A DNA stretch of 51,633 bases. Source: an uncultured Gammaproteobacteria bacterium. Lineage in GTDB: Bacteria > Cyanobacteriota > Vampirovibrionia > LMEP-6097. Position numbers and translations under genes: made by a program. The stretch's first letter is position 1. Each line of letters opens with the position of its first letter. The stretch is from positions 1 to 51,633 of the forward strand of contig CAZQXM010000001.1 in the NCBI GenBank assembly GCA_964597205.1, written 5' to 3'. Of this stretch, positions 33,576 to 42,813 are shown piece after piece. The notes beneath the pieces were generated by a model. It saw only the letters and a list, made by a program, of their open reading frames with translations, had not been told where the DNA came from and ran no database searches.

Positions 33576-34559
33576 CTATTTTAGCTTAATGGTGATGGTA
33601 TTGCTCTTGTATTCGCCACCACGAGTGAGGAACAGCTGATATTCACCTTTAGCCCACTTCTTATCAGCCATAATAGTCAAGACATTATTCTCTGAATCCT
33701 CAGTTCTTACTGAACTTACAGGAGCTTCGAATTGTTTTTGAGATTTAATTTCAGTGAACTTCAAGACGTTCTCACTAGGCTCACTAGAGAAGTACTTACC
33801 ATTGAGTTGTATATCGGCACCAAGTACAAACTCAGCTTTATCAGCAGCTGGTGCTACTAGTTCAGGGTACATATAACGATAAGTTTCTAAGAAATAATCA
33901 TCTTCTTTACCTTCATTGCTAATATGCAAGCTTCCACTAAGTTCAAAACCGACACTAGATTTACGCAAAGTGCCAGTGAAGTCAAAACCATAAGTTAGTT
34001 TAGTGTAAACATTATTGTCTTTAGCGAATTGAATATTCCAGGTATCTTTACCATTACCTTTGGCTTCCCAATAAAATCTCTGAGTAATATTTCTAAATGT
34101 CAGCATACCAATACCCACATCATCAGCGGGATCTAGAGGTAGTAGAACTATTTTTACTAAACGCGATTTGTCTATCTTCGGTTTAACAACAGCAACAACG
34201 GGTGCTTCAGTTTTAGTTTCTTCTTCGCCTTTTTTCTTTTTCGAAGATTTTTTCTCTTCTGGTTTTTTTTCTTCGACTTTTTTCTCAGGCTCTTTAGTCG
34301 CGGCAGCACCGTTAGCTGTTGCGCCATTAGCAGCAGCAAGAGTCTCAGCGGCTAACTTAGCGGCTTTCTCGGCTTGAGCAGCTTCCTCAAGCTTCTCATC
34401 TTGAAACTGCCAAGTACCGGTGAAATCACCAACTGGAATCTCAGCGCCAGTATCAATAGCTCCTGGTACAACCTTGTTAATTAGATCCTGCACCATGCCA
34501 CATCCGCTTAAAGAGAATAAGAAGGCAAAAACAAAAGTTAATTTATATAAACGAAGCAC
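33576..34559 (-). CDS. Lipoprotein of unknown function with an Ala/Lys/Glu-rich linker
   Basis: Lipobox LSGC and a low-complexity KEPEKKVEEKKPEEKK region. Confidence 0.55.
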   Translation of the reverse strand: MLRLYKLTFVFAFLFSLSGCGMVQDLINKVVPGAIDTGAEIPVGDFTGTWQFQDEKLEEAAQAEKAAKLAAETLAAANGATANGAAATKEPEKKVEEKKPEEKKSSKKKKGEEETKTEAPVVAVVKPKIDKSRLVKIVLLPLDPADDVGIGMLTFRNITQRFYWEAKGNGKDTWNIQFAKDNNVYTKLTYGFDFTGTLRKSSVGFELSGSLHISNEGKEDDYFLETYRYMYPELVAPAADKAEFVLGADIQLNGKYFSSEPSENVLKFTEIKSQKQFEAPVSSVRTEDSENNVLTIMADKKWAKGEYQLFLTRGGEYKSNTITIKLK

Positions 34560-34584
34560 AACTTTATTATAATCTTGATAAGAG

Positions 34585-35448
34585 ATGTCGGTAGCAAGAG
34601 TACTATTAATCAGCAGCAGCGTTATTCTTTTGGTTCTTGCCCTTAATTTTGCGCGCCGTGTGGTATTGCCGCAACCAGAAGATGATGGCTACTATACTGT
34701 GCTGGTACTGGGTACAGACGTGGTGCAGCCTAATAAACTGGATGACTGGAATGGGCGCTCAGACTTAATACTACTAATAATCTATAACCGCAAAGACAAT
34801 AGAGTCGCTATTGTCAGCGTGCCGCGCGACTGCACAGTTTATCTTAAGAGACGAGGCGGGGTGATTAAGCCTGCGCGCATTAATAGCACCAATCAATTAG
34901 GTGGCTATCAACTTGCAAGAACTGCTGTTGAAACTCTGCTTGGAATAAAAGTAGATAAGGTGGTAGTTTTTAGCATTACAGGTTTTAAGAAGTTGCTAGA
35001 TAAAATTGGCAAAGTAGAAATCAATGTGCCTAAACAACTTAGTTATCATGATCATAAACAGAACTTGCATATAGAAATTGCGCCAGGTAAACAGTTGATG
35101 GATGGCGAGACTATGATTAAGTTTCTGCGCTATCGAGATAAAGATCAAGGTGATATTGGACGCATTAAACGCCAGCAAATATTTTTCAGAGCTGCTATTA
35201 AAAAACTCACCGAACCAGCTGTAATTACTAAAGCTCCAGAATTAGTTAAAGCAGCTAGTGAGCTTTTCCTTACTGATATGAAGGCTAGAGAAATGCTCAG
35301 TCTTGGTAACAATCTTAAATCAGTACCTAAGCGTAATTATAGCGGCTATCTAGTGCCTGGTGATTTCGCCAAAGACGGCTCCTGGACAGTAAATCAGCCA
35401 GAACTGCATGCTATGATGGGCAAGATTATAAGAAACGATGATCACTGA
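34585..35448 (+). CDS. LytR-CpsA-Psr (LCP) family protein
   Basis: N-terminal TM segment, LVLGTD....GRSDLILL....VSVPRD motif and a later R...R..D..R pattern. Confidence 0.85.
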   Translation: MSVARVLLISSSVILLVLALNFARRVVLPQPEDDGYYTVLVLGTDVVQPNKLDDWNGRSDLILLIIYNRKDNRVAIVSVPRDCTVYLKRRGGVIKPARINSTNQLGGYQLARTAVETLLGIKVDKVVVFSITGFKKLLDKIGKVEINVPKQLSYHDHKQNLHIEIAPGKQLMDGETMIKFLRYRDKDQGDIGRIKRQQIFFRAAIKKLTEPAVITKAPELVKAASELFLTDMKAREMLSLGNNLKSVPKRNYSGYLVPGDFAKDGSWTVNQPELHAMMGKIIRNDDH

Positions 35449-36871
35449 GACTTTGAACCACGCCAAAGAAAAACTTAAAGGACGCAAGTGGCAGGATTTA
35501 TGGCAGGGCACAAATCGAGATCGATTACTACTCTTCAGTATTATTTTTGGTGTCTACTTAGTTAACAAAGCAGCTGAAGAATTATTACCTGAAAGATATC
35601 TAGCCGCTTTACCTTCACACGTATCTTTAACTATATTAGCGATCATAGTTTTAATGATGCTCTTGCATACTATTTATACTTTCTTCGCTCAGTTCCATCA
35701 TCGCCACAATCCACGCCCACTGAATAATAGTTATCAACCAACGGTAGATATTTTCGTCTCAGCTCATAATGAAGAAAATGTTATCCGTGGCACCTTAGAG
35801 CATTTATTAGCCTTAACTTATCCTAAGTTATCTATTTATATGATTAATGATAGGAGCAGTGATGCTACTTGGGATGAGATGCACTGCGCCAAAACTAGCT
35901 ATAGCGACATGTCTAGTATTGAAACAACTACTGCAACAGTGGTGAGAATCAATAAAAAACTGACTTATATAAATCGCAAGCCCAATGCTTTCCCTGGTAA
36001 AGCTGCTGCTCTTAATGATGCCTTAGCTGCTTCCCATGCTGAGGTGATCTGCGTGCTCGATGCTGATGCGCGCATTACTGATGATTTTCTCACTACAATA
36101 GTACGCTACCTCGATGATCCTAGTGTTGGAGCTGTGCAAGCTCAAAAAGTAATCTCCAACCCAGAGAAAAATTTCCTTACCTACTGTCAATTCAATGAAT
36201 ACGCCATGGATACATACTTACAGATGGGACGCGATAGCGTTAGAGGAGCTACCGAGCTACGTGGTAATGGTGAATTAATTAAACGTGAAGCGCTAGAACA
36301 TATAGGTGGCTGGAATGAAGACACACTAACTGACGATTTAGATCTTTCAACTTGCTTGCATGTTAACGATTGGGATATAAGATTCAGCCCAGAATGCATA
36401 GTATTAGAAGAGGGAGTGGTTAGCTGGGATGGTTTCGTGAAGCAACGCTTACGTTGGGCAGAAGGTAGTATGCGCCGCTATCTTAACTATCTATTGCAGT
36501 TATTTACACCAGGCAATTTATCACTAACACAAATATTTGATACTTTCTTTTTCTTTGGACAATTCTGTCTACCACTATGGCTGACCCTAGATATGAGTTA
36601 CGAACTATTTAGGCTGGCAACTCATCAAAGTACTTGTTTTAGTTTTTATATGTTAATTACCGTTGCAATCTCGGTAATAACTTTTATTACTCAATTTAAT
36701 GGTCTTAGAATCTATAAGAAGCAAAAATTCTGGCAAGCAGTGCTGAATACTTTAATTACTAATGCCTACCTCTGTAGTACTTGGCTAGTAGTGATCTTAC
36801 TCACCTACCGCAAAATATTATTTAGCCGCACTGTTGGTAAATGGACTAGAACCGAGCATGGAGTAACTTAA
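35438..36871 (+). CDS. Processive family-2 glycosyltransferase (cellulose/PNAG-synthase-like)
   Basis: HNEE, DRSSD, LDAD, TDDLDLS and QRLRWAEG (QxxRW) motifs, with flanking TM segments. Confidence 0.85.
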   Translation: MITETLNHAKEKLKGRKWQDLWQGTNRDRLLLFSIIFGVYLVNKAAEELLPERYLAALPSHVSLTILAIIVLMMLLHTIYTFFAQFHHRHNPRPLNNSYQPTVDIFVSAHNEENVIRGTLEHLLALTYPKLSIYMINDRSSDATWDEMHCAKTSYSDMSSIETTTATVVRINKKLTYINRKPNAFPGKAAALNDALAASHAEVICVLDADARITDDFLTTIVRYLDDPSVGAVQAQKVISNPEKNFLTYCQFNEYAMDTYLQMGRDSVRGATELRGNGELIKREALEHIGGWNEDTLTDDLDLSTCLHVNDWDIRFSPECIVLEEGVVSWDGFVKQRLRWAEGSMRRYLNYLLQLFTPGNLSLTQIFDTFFFFGQFCLPLWLTLDMSYELFRLATHQSTCFSFYMLITVAISVITFITQFNGLRIYKKQKFWQAVLNTLITNAYLCSTWLVVILLTYRKILFSRTVGKWTRTEHGVT

Positions 36872-37851
36872 TGTTCGATTTACAAGTTAATGGGCTAACT
36901 ATCTTAGATCGTGGTTTGCATTGTGACTTTTGGCAGGCGCCCGCAAATGCTGATATAGAGAAGCTTTGCGACTATCTGGGTTCGGAAGGGGTTACAGGCT
37001 TCTATGCGACGCTGATTACGGCGCCGTATGAGGAGATTGATAGGAATTTGGCGAGAATAAGTAATTATTACCATTGTCATTCTGAGCAGTTCGCTGACGC
37101 TCACTGCAGGCTTCGCGAAGAATCTCCATTCAAACAAGAAGGGGTCCTTCGCGATGCTCAGGATGACAGGGCACACTTAGCAGGTGTCCACGTCGAAGGC
37201 GGCTATATAAGCCGTGCTGGCATTCACCCTAGTGCTCATTTGCGCGAATTTGATTTAGTTAAAGTGCGCTCTTTAGTAGAAAAATATCCTGGCTTAATTA
37301 AACTCTGGACTCTATGCCCCTTAGTAGATAGTGACGGTGCTCTCACTAAATATCTTCAAAGCCAAGGCGTGCGTGTTGCTTACGGACATAGCAATGCTAG
37401 TGCTAATCAGGCAGATAGGGCTTTTGATGCTTATGGCGTGGATCTAGTAACTCACTGGCCTAATGCTATGACTGTAGTTCGCGACCCACTTAATTCTAGT
37501 CGCTTCGATCATCGCAAGCCTAGTGCTGAATATTTAGAGTTTCTCTCTATGTCGCGTAGTGAGGCTGAAGCTTGGGCTAGCGTGCAAGGATTAGAGCTAG
37601 GTTTGGGTTTTAGTGCTTATCATCGAGAGGATGTAAGCGTTACTGCTATCTGCGGTAGTGTCGCTGATGGGGATTTACATATGGCGCCAGAAATATTTAA
37701 ATTACTAAGAGCACATAAAGGCACTCAATTATTCTTAGTTTCAGATGATGTAGCTTACAGTACTGAAGAGCTTAAAACCGGGCGCATACTAGGTCTTAGA
37801 GGTGGCAGAGTATCACTTGCTAAACATTTTATTAACGCAGAAAAAATATGA
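36871..37851 (+). CDS. NagA-like amidohydrolase (N-acetylglucosamine-6-phosphate deacetylase family), short form with a repeat-derived insertion
   Basis: DLQVNG, TLIT, GVHVEGGYIS, GHSNAS and THWPNAM align with remembered NagA motifs. There are ~30 extra aa between the SNYY and GVHVEG regions. Confidence 0.55.
   Translation: MFDLQVNGLTILDRGLHCDFWQAPANADIEKLCDYLGSEGVTGFYATLITAPYEEIDRNLARISNYYHCHSEQFADAHCRLREESPFKQEGVLRDAQDDRAHLAGVHVEGGYISRAGIHPSAHLREFDLVKVRSLVEKYPGLIKLWTLCPLVDSDGALTKYLQSQGVRVAYGHSNASANQADRAFDAYGVDLVTHWPNAMTVVRDPLNSSRFDHRKPSAEYLEFLSMSRSEAEAWASVQGLELGLGFSAYHREDVSVTAICGSVADGDLHMAPEIFKLLRAHKGTQLFLVSDDVAYSTEELKTGRILGLRGGRVSLAKHFINAEKI
37075..37168. repeat. Repeat family B element (inverted pair TGTCATTCTGAGCA ... 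TGCTCAGGATGACA) inside the nagA-like CDS
   Basis: 13/14 complementary termini. The internal CTTCGCGAAGAATC and GTCCTTCGCGATGCTCAGGATGAC units match family B and are translated in frame. Confidence 0.7.
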
Positions 37852-37876
37852 TAAATTATTCAGCGGAGGAATTATT

Positions 37877-38443
37877 ATGCAAAAACTAACTATCTATTTA
37901 TTCTTAGCAGCTTGCATACTAAATGGTACGCAGGCTATTGCCCATCCTTACAAAATTAAAGCCATCGCTAAAGATGGTCCCGCCTATCAAGCTGAAATTA
38001 TGACTGCCGCTCGCAATAAAAGAGAAGCTGGTAAACAGATTATTGAAAGTCCTTTATTCAACAAAGACACTGTATCAGTTTTAGTTGTTTCTAAGATTCC
38101 CTATATCAATCCGGGTAAGAAAGACCCGCATGTACTTGAAGCAGAGCTTGTAGATGCTCGCGTTAGACTGGTATGCCGCCCTCGGACACGGGTTATTGGC
38201 ACTATTGATGATGATTTCTGGGCTAAGTTTTCAGTAAATAAAATGAAAGATTTTAAACGCTATAAAGATCATCGTAAAGCTACTATATTCGAGTTTGAGC
38301 CATCTTGCTTTGATGATACTACTGCTGAAATACGTTTCTATGCTGATGTACAGAACCCAGATGAAAGCTATAGATATAGTGCGCAGAAATTATCAGAGAA
38401 AACTAAAAAGGCACTAATTGCAGATCTTAAGATCAGCAATTAA
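37877..38443 (+). CDS. Secreted hypothetical protein, paralog of 30446..31243
   Basis: GGAGGA RBS 7 nt upstream of ATG 37877. Signal peptide MQKLTIYLFLAACILNGTQA. The track start at 37802 overlaps the upstream gene and was rejected. Confidence 0.6.
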   Translation: MQKLTIYLFLAACILNGTQAIAHPYKIKAIAKDGPAYQAEIMTAARNKREAGKQIIESPLFNKDTVSVLVVSKIPYINPGKKDPHVLEAELVDARVRLVCRPRTRVIGTIDDDFWAKFSVNKMKDFKRYKDHRKATIFEFEPSCFDDTTAEIRFYADVQNPDESYRYSAQKLSEKTKKALIADLKISN

Positions 38444-38532
38444 CTTATTGTCACCCGTCTCGCTTAGAAGATAACAGTAATATTTCAGCTAAAGGTCTTA
38501 GTACTTACAGGGCATAAGATACAAGTACCTTT

Positions 38533-39093
38533 ATGAAGAGATTAATACGAATATTACTAACAGTATTTATAGCTTTACAAAGCAGCTATATGCCTTGCTT
38601 TGCAGAAGACACGGCAAGTGCCGTAGCTATTGAATTAACAGCAAAAGAAGTTCAACTAGGAAGTAAATTAAGCAAATACGTTAAAGGTTATGAGATTTTT
38701 CTGCACAACAAAGGTACTAATCCTATAAACATCGATGATATAAAAATTCAAAATGCGATGAGTGGAGAGACCGCTTATAACTTGTATAAAAATAAAAACT
38801 CTGCTATTGGAGGCATGTGGATAGGTGCAACTTTATTTTGGTGGTTATTCTTTATTCCACCCATCTTAGCTGCAATTGCAACACCTTTCATGGCTTCAAA
38901 AAACAATAAGGTTAATAAATTAGCATGGAACGAAGGGTCTCAATTTCCAAACCAGCTAGAGAAAACTATTCTAGAGCCTGATGAGAAGATCAGTTACAAA
39001 ACAATACTAAACCCTAGCGACCCCTTATCTGTGGAAATCGCCTACACAGATACTGTGAGCTCAGAATCTAAGAGATATAAGATGGATTTCTAA
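38533..39093 (+). CDS. Hypothetical exported/membrane protein
   Basis: Signal peptide plus an internal hydrophobic segment GGMWIGATLFWWLFFIPPILAAIATPF. Confidence 0.45.
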   Translation: MKRLIRILLTVFIALQSSYMPCFAEDTASAVAIELTAKEVQLGSKLSKYVKGYEIFLHNKGTNPINIDDIKIQNAMSGETAYNLYKNKNSAIGGMWIGATLFWWLFFIPPILAAIATPFMASKNNKVNKLAWNEGSQFPNQLEKTILEPDEKISYKTILNPSDPLSVEIAYTDTVSSESKRYKMDF

Positions 39094-39626
39094 GCCATAG
39101 TACCATTCATTGCTTTTTGCATGAATTTGATAGGAACTATAACTATCTTAGTAGAACCATCCTCTAGCTGTAATTGAATAGGGAACTCTACTATAACTTC
39201 ATCAGGGTATCTATCTGATGAGGCTTTATTATTCGAGCCATCTTTTTTAACCATCTTGGCACTAACTACCTTAGGTTTAGGTGTCCACATATTGCCAGTT
39301 GAAGCATCGACAATTAAACCGATAATGCCACCGAAAAGAATATTGCCAAAATACCAACCATTGAGACCACGCTTAAGTGTAATCTCTTCAGAAATATAAT
39401 CTGGCGATTCAAGAACCAAAGTATAAGAAGCTTTTCTATCAACTCTTAAATTAAAAGAGCCTTGTCTAACGAAGTCTTCACCTTGATTACTCTTCACATG
39501 GATTCTTGCATTGCTAGGCTCCACATTAATAGACACGAACTTATCACCGCCATCAACGATGGTTGCGCAGGACGTTTGAGTCACAATCAGGACTAAAACA
39601 ACTAAAACTTTAAGTAGTTTGAACAT
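39090..39626 (-). CDS. Hypothetical secreted protein or lipoprotein with a glycine-zipper segment
   Basis: Signal peptide ending ...TQTSC, and a GNILFGGIIGLIVDASTGNMW motif. Confidence 0.45.
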   Translation of the reverse strand: MFKLLKVLVVLVLIVTQTSCATIVDGGDKFVSINVEPSNARIHVKSNQGEDFVRQGSFNLRVDRKASYTLVLESPDYISEEITLKRGLNGWYFGNILFGGIIGLIVDASTGNMWTPKPKVVSAKMVKKDGSNNKASSDRYPDEVIVEFPIQLQLEDGSTKIVIVPIKFMQKAMNGTMA

Positions 39627-39694
39627 ATTAGGAATTATTTTACTACAAACTGAAATTTTGGCAAGTATTTTTTCGTGACATATCGGCTACCGTC

Positions 39695-42499
39695 TTAGAG
39701 ACAGATGCCTTTAAGGTTCAACCTATCCCAATTAGTACCATTGTAGAAACAAATAGCTCCTGAAGTATGCACGAACAAATCACCCATAGCTGCATCAAAT
39801 GGTGCTTGAGCTATTGGTTCTAAGCGCATTACATCTTTAATATGCAATGTACGAGCTGGCTTATTTATACCGATACCAATTTTACCAGTCACTAAATCAC
39901 CAACAATAACGCCACCAATATTCAGTGTTGAACTCATGTCTGAGCCGTTCATTACATCGAGATGGTGACCGATAATAATATTATTACTACCATTAACGAT
40001 ACTATTACCTGATTCAATACCGATAACAATATTCTTAGTACCACGAGTATTGTTCTTAAGTGCGAAACGTCCGACAGCTATGTTACCGTTAGCAAGACCT
40101 AAAGCATCACCATTTGATATCAAGCTAGAAAGTGCAAGAGTACCTACTGCAATGTTGTCACTAGCGCCAGCGTTATTCAATGCACCAAAACCAATTGCAA
40201 CGTTATGAGAATTAGTAGTCGCGTATTCACTCATCACTGATGACGAAGCTTTGCCCAAAGCAAATCTACCCATTGCGATATCACCGTTACGACTGCTCAA
40301 GCCAGAGCTATCTCCGACAGCGATATTGCTACTACCATGAGTCCCAGATAAGGCATCAGAACCCAAAGCAACGTTATATTGTGGGATGACAGATTTAGTA
40401 GAACTAGTACTAATATTAGTCACCGATTCAACTGACGAAGCTCTTAAAGCTCTTATACCAATTGCGATGTTATTTAAGCCAACAGAAAGCTCATAAGCTG
40501 AATTACCAATAGCGATGTTAGAACTACCAGATCCGCGATAGTATGCTCTGTTACCAATTGCGATGTTACTATGTGCAGACTTGCGTTTAGCATTAGTGTT
40601 ATTCGTCATCTCATAAGCCGTGCCAAGTGCAAAGCGACCCATGGCGCTATGACCAATCGTGATATTACTAACCAAATTACCAGCTTCATATGACTGCAAT
40701 GAGCTAGAACCCAATGAAATATTGTTATATAACCTGGAGACACTAGAACCAGAACTACTACGATGACCGATAGCAATATTGTTCTCAAAAGCAACACCAC
40801 GTAAGTTTCTATTACCCAAGACTATATTATCCTGGGCACCTTCTGGGTCAGTAGTAGAACTAGTAGCCCATAAATTCTTATGTCCCACTAAAACGTTGTT
40901 AAATGATGAATACGCTGGAACTACACTTGCAAGCGCATCTGTACCTATCAACAATGTATCAAAAAGATTTTCTTGTCCTTTAGCTAAATTTTCGCCGATC
41001 ATCATGTTCTTACGAAAACCATTTAAAGTTGTTTCTAGGTGCAATCCATTCACTGAATTAAACGGAATAGACAGTAATGAACCATTAGCTCCGGTATAAC
41101 CAATAGCAGTTTTAATTTTGTTAAGATCTTGAACAAGATTAGCAACATCAAGTGGAAGAACTGCTCTGATAGATGACCACTGAGCGGTACCATTCTTATC
41201 AATAGCCGTTAGTATAGAACCACGTGCTGGAGAGCCACCACGAATAGTCACAGAACCATTAACATCAAGAGTCGATATTGGATTATATCTACCAATAGCT
41301 ACTCGCTTAGTATCAAGCTTACCGGTGATGGTGTTACCAATATTGAGTTCATTAGTAGCAGAGTATAAGTTATATGGATTGCCAGTATAAGCAGCACCCT
41401 GAACATCTTTACCAATAAAAATATTATTATCACCAGATCTCATCGAGTCACCTGCTTCAAGACCAATGGCAATATTATTAGATCCGGATTGCAAGCTGTA
41501 TAAAGCTGACCAACCATAAGCAGTAGATCCAGTTGCGTTAGATGCTGATACCATTGCACCTTGACCTACAACCGTATTCTGAGAACCAGTAGATAGACTT
41601 TGTAATGCACCAAGACCAACAGCAGTATTGAACTGACCAGAAGTTAATGAACTTAAAGTAAGACTTCCTAAAGCAGTGTTGTAACTCGGAGAACTAGATC
41701 TGCCTAAAGCACTATGACCTAGAGCCGTGTTATGAACACCACTAGCACCGACAGCACCAGCACCAACACCGACATAAGTACTATATGAATTAGCTACTAT
41801 GCGAGCATCTTTAAGATTATCGACAGACGCCACTTCACTAACAAGGAAACTCGCTGGATTAAGAGTTGTTCCAGCAACTTTCAAACTACTGAATTCACCA
41901 GCCGTTGCAGTAATAGTATTTCTCACGTTAAGCTTGCCGATCATAGTCCAATCGCCAGCACCAGTTACTTCGGTATGCTTATTAGTAGCATTTGAATAGA
42001 AACTAATAGTCTTAGTTGATGGCGCATTGATACGCAACTCACCAACAGAACTCTGAGCTATTGCATACTGATTAGAAGCTTTGAGAGCCTTATGACCAAA
42101 GGCAGCTGGAGCAACAGCATCATTAGTAGAACCTATAAAAGAATTACCAATCACAGCATAAGCTGACGTATTCGATCCAAGCTCTAAGCTCGGTATAGTT
42201 TTTAACTGCGCAGCAGTCAATTTGGTTTTAAGCAATAAGAGTGGCGTAGAATTATTACGTTCAAAAACTAAATCGCCGTTTGCCGAGTTGTGGCGAATTG
42301 AAATTCCGCTATAGACACCAAAGCGCCCAAAACCTTCAGAGAAAATTATTTTTGAAGAAGCTGCTGTGTTTATTGGACCTAATAAAACAAGGTTAGCGTT
42401 ATCGCGCGCGTTACCAATTTCACTGTTATAATCTGCCGCATTTGCTGAACTTATAGTTGCGATTAATACTAAAGACCCAATTATTTTTTTGAACATCAA
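39695..42499 (-). CDS. Secreted fibre/adhesin-like repeat protein, paralog 4
   Basis: Signal peptide MMFKKIIGSLVLIATISSANA|AD and a unique ~230-aa N-terminal domain. This is followed by an SYSTYVG...HNTALGH module like paralogs 2 and 3, many N(I/V)A(I/V)G repeats, and a C-terminal LHIKDVMRLEP...GDLFVHTSGAICFYNGTNWDRL...C motif. Confidence 0.75.
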   Translation of the reverse strand: MMFKKIIGSLVLIATISSANAADYNSEIGNARDNANLVLLGPINTAASSKIIFSEGFGRFGVYSGISIRHNSANGDLVFERNNSTPLLLLKTKLTAAQLKTIPSLELGSNTSAYAVIGNSFIGSTNDAVAPAAFGHKALKASNQYAIAQSSVGELRINAPSTKTISFYSNATNKHTEVTGAGDWTMIGKLNVRNTITATAGEFSSLKVAGTTLNPASFLVSEVASVDNLKDARIVANSYSTYVGVGAGAVGASGVHNTALGHSALGRSSSPSYNTALGSLTLSSLTSGQFNTAVGLGALQSLSTGSQNTVVGQGAMVSASNATGSTAYGWSALYSLQSGSNNIAIGLEAGDSMRSGDNNIFIGKDVQGAAYTGNPYNLYSATNELNIGNTITGKLDTKRVAIGRYNPISTLDVNGSVTIRGGSPARGSILTAIDKNGTAQWSSIRAVLPLDVANLVQDLNKIKTAIGYTGANGSLLSIPFNSVNGLHLETTLNGFRKNMMIGENLAKGQENLFDTLLIGTDALASVVPAYSSFNNVLVGHKNLWATSSTTDPEGAQDNIVLGNRNLRGVAFENNIAIGHRSSSGSSVSRLYNNISLGSSSLQSYEAGNLVSNITIGHSAMGRFALGTAYEMTNNTNAKRKSAHSNIAIGNRAYYRGSGSSNIAIGNSAYELSVGLNNIAIGIRALRASSVESVTNISTSSTKSVIPQYNVALGSDALSGTHGSSNIAVGDSSGLSSRNGDIAMGRFALGKASSSVMSEYATTNSHNVAIGFGALNNAGASDNIAVGTLALSSLISNGDALGLANGNIAVGRFALKNNTRGTKNIVIGIESGNSIVNGSNNIIIGHHLDVMNGSDMSSTLNIGGVIVGDLVTGKIGIGINKPARTLHIKDVMRLEPIAQAPFDAAMGDLFVHTSGAICFYNGTNWDRLNLKGICL

Positions 42500-42670
42500 T
42501 TTTCCCTCGATTGGTTTTACTATTTGTAAATTATCTTTAGGTTAAGATCTTGCTTAACAAAATCAACCTAAAGGACAAAGCCAAATTCTAACCCACTTTG
42601 AGAGCCAACAACTAAAGATAAGATTAATTTAACTTAAATTAATTATAACATTATTATAACTAAGTTCGAC

Positions 42671-42793
42671 AGAGTTGTTGCGTAATGTTCGAGAACAAGG
42701 CTTGCGAGCCCGAGCAACCGGAGCTTACTAAAACGTAAGTGAAGATTGCGAGGGCGAGCGTAACGCAGTTATCGGGCATTACGCAACAACTCT
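42671..42793. repeat. MITE-like palindromic element family A
   Basis: Termini AGAGTTGTTGCGTAATG ... CATTACGCAACAACTCT. The interior is ~85-90% identical to 33450..33574. It ends 20 nt upstream of the hisC-like start. Confidence 0.85.
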
Positions 42794-42813
42794 GGTCAGT
42801 ATAATGGTAGAGC

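Noticed and set aside
33436-33639. 67-aa plus-strand ORF.
   Set aside because: It is encoded by the family A palindromic element and overlaps the 3' end of the minus-strand lipoprotein gene. It is a repeat artefact.
37802-37876. Track start at 37802 for the 213-aa ORF.
   Set aside because: This N-terminal extension overlaps the nagA-like gene. A GGAGGA RBS and a canonical signal peptide begin at the ATG at 37877.
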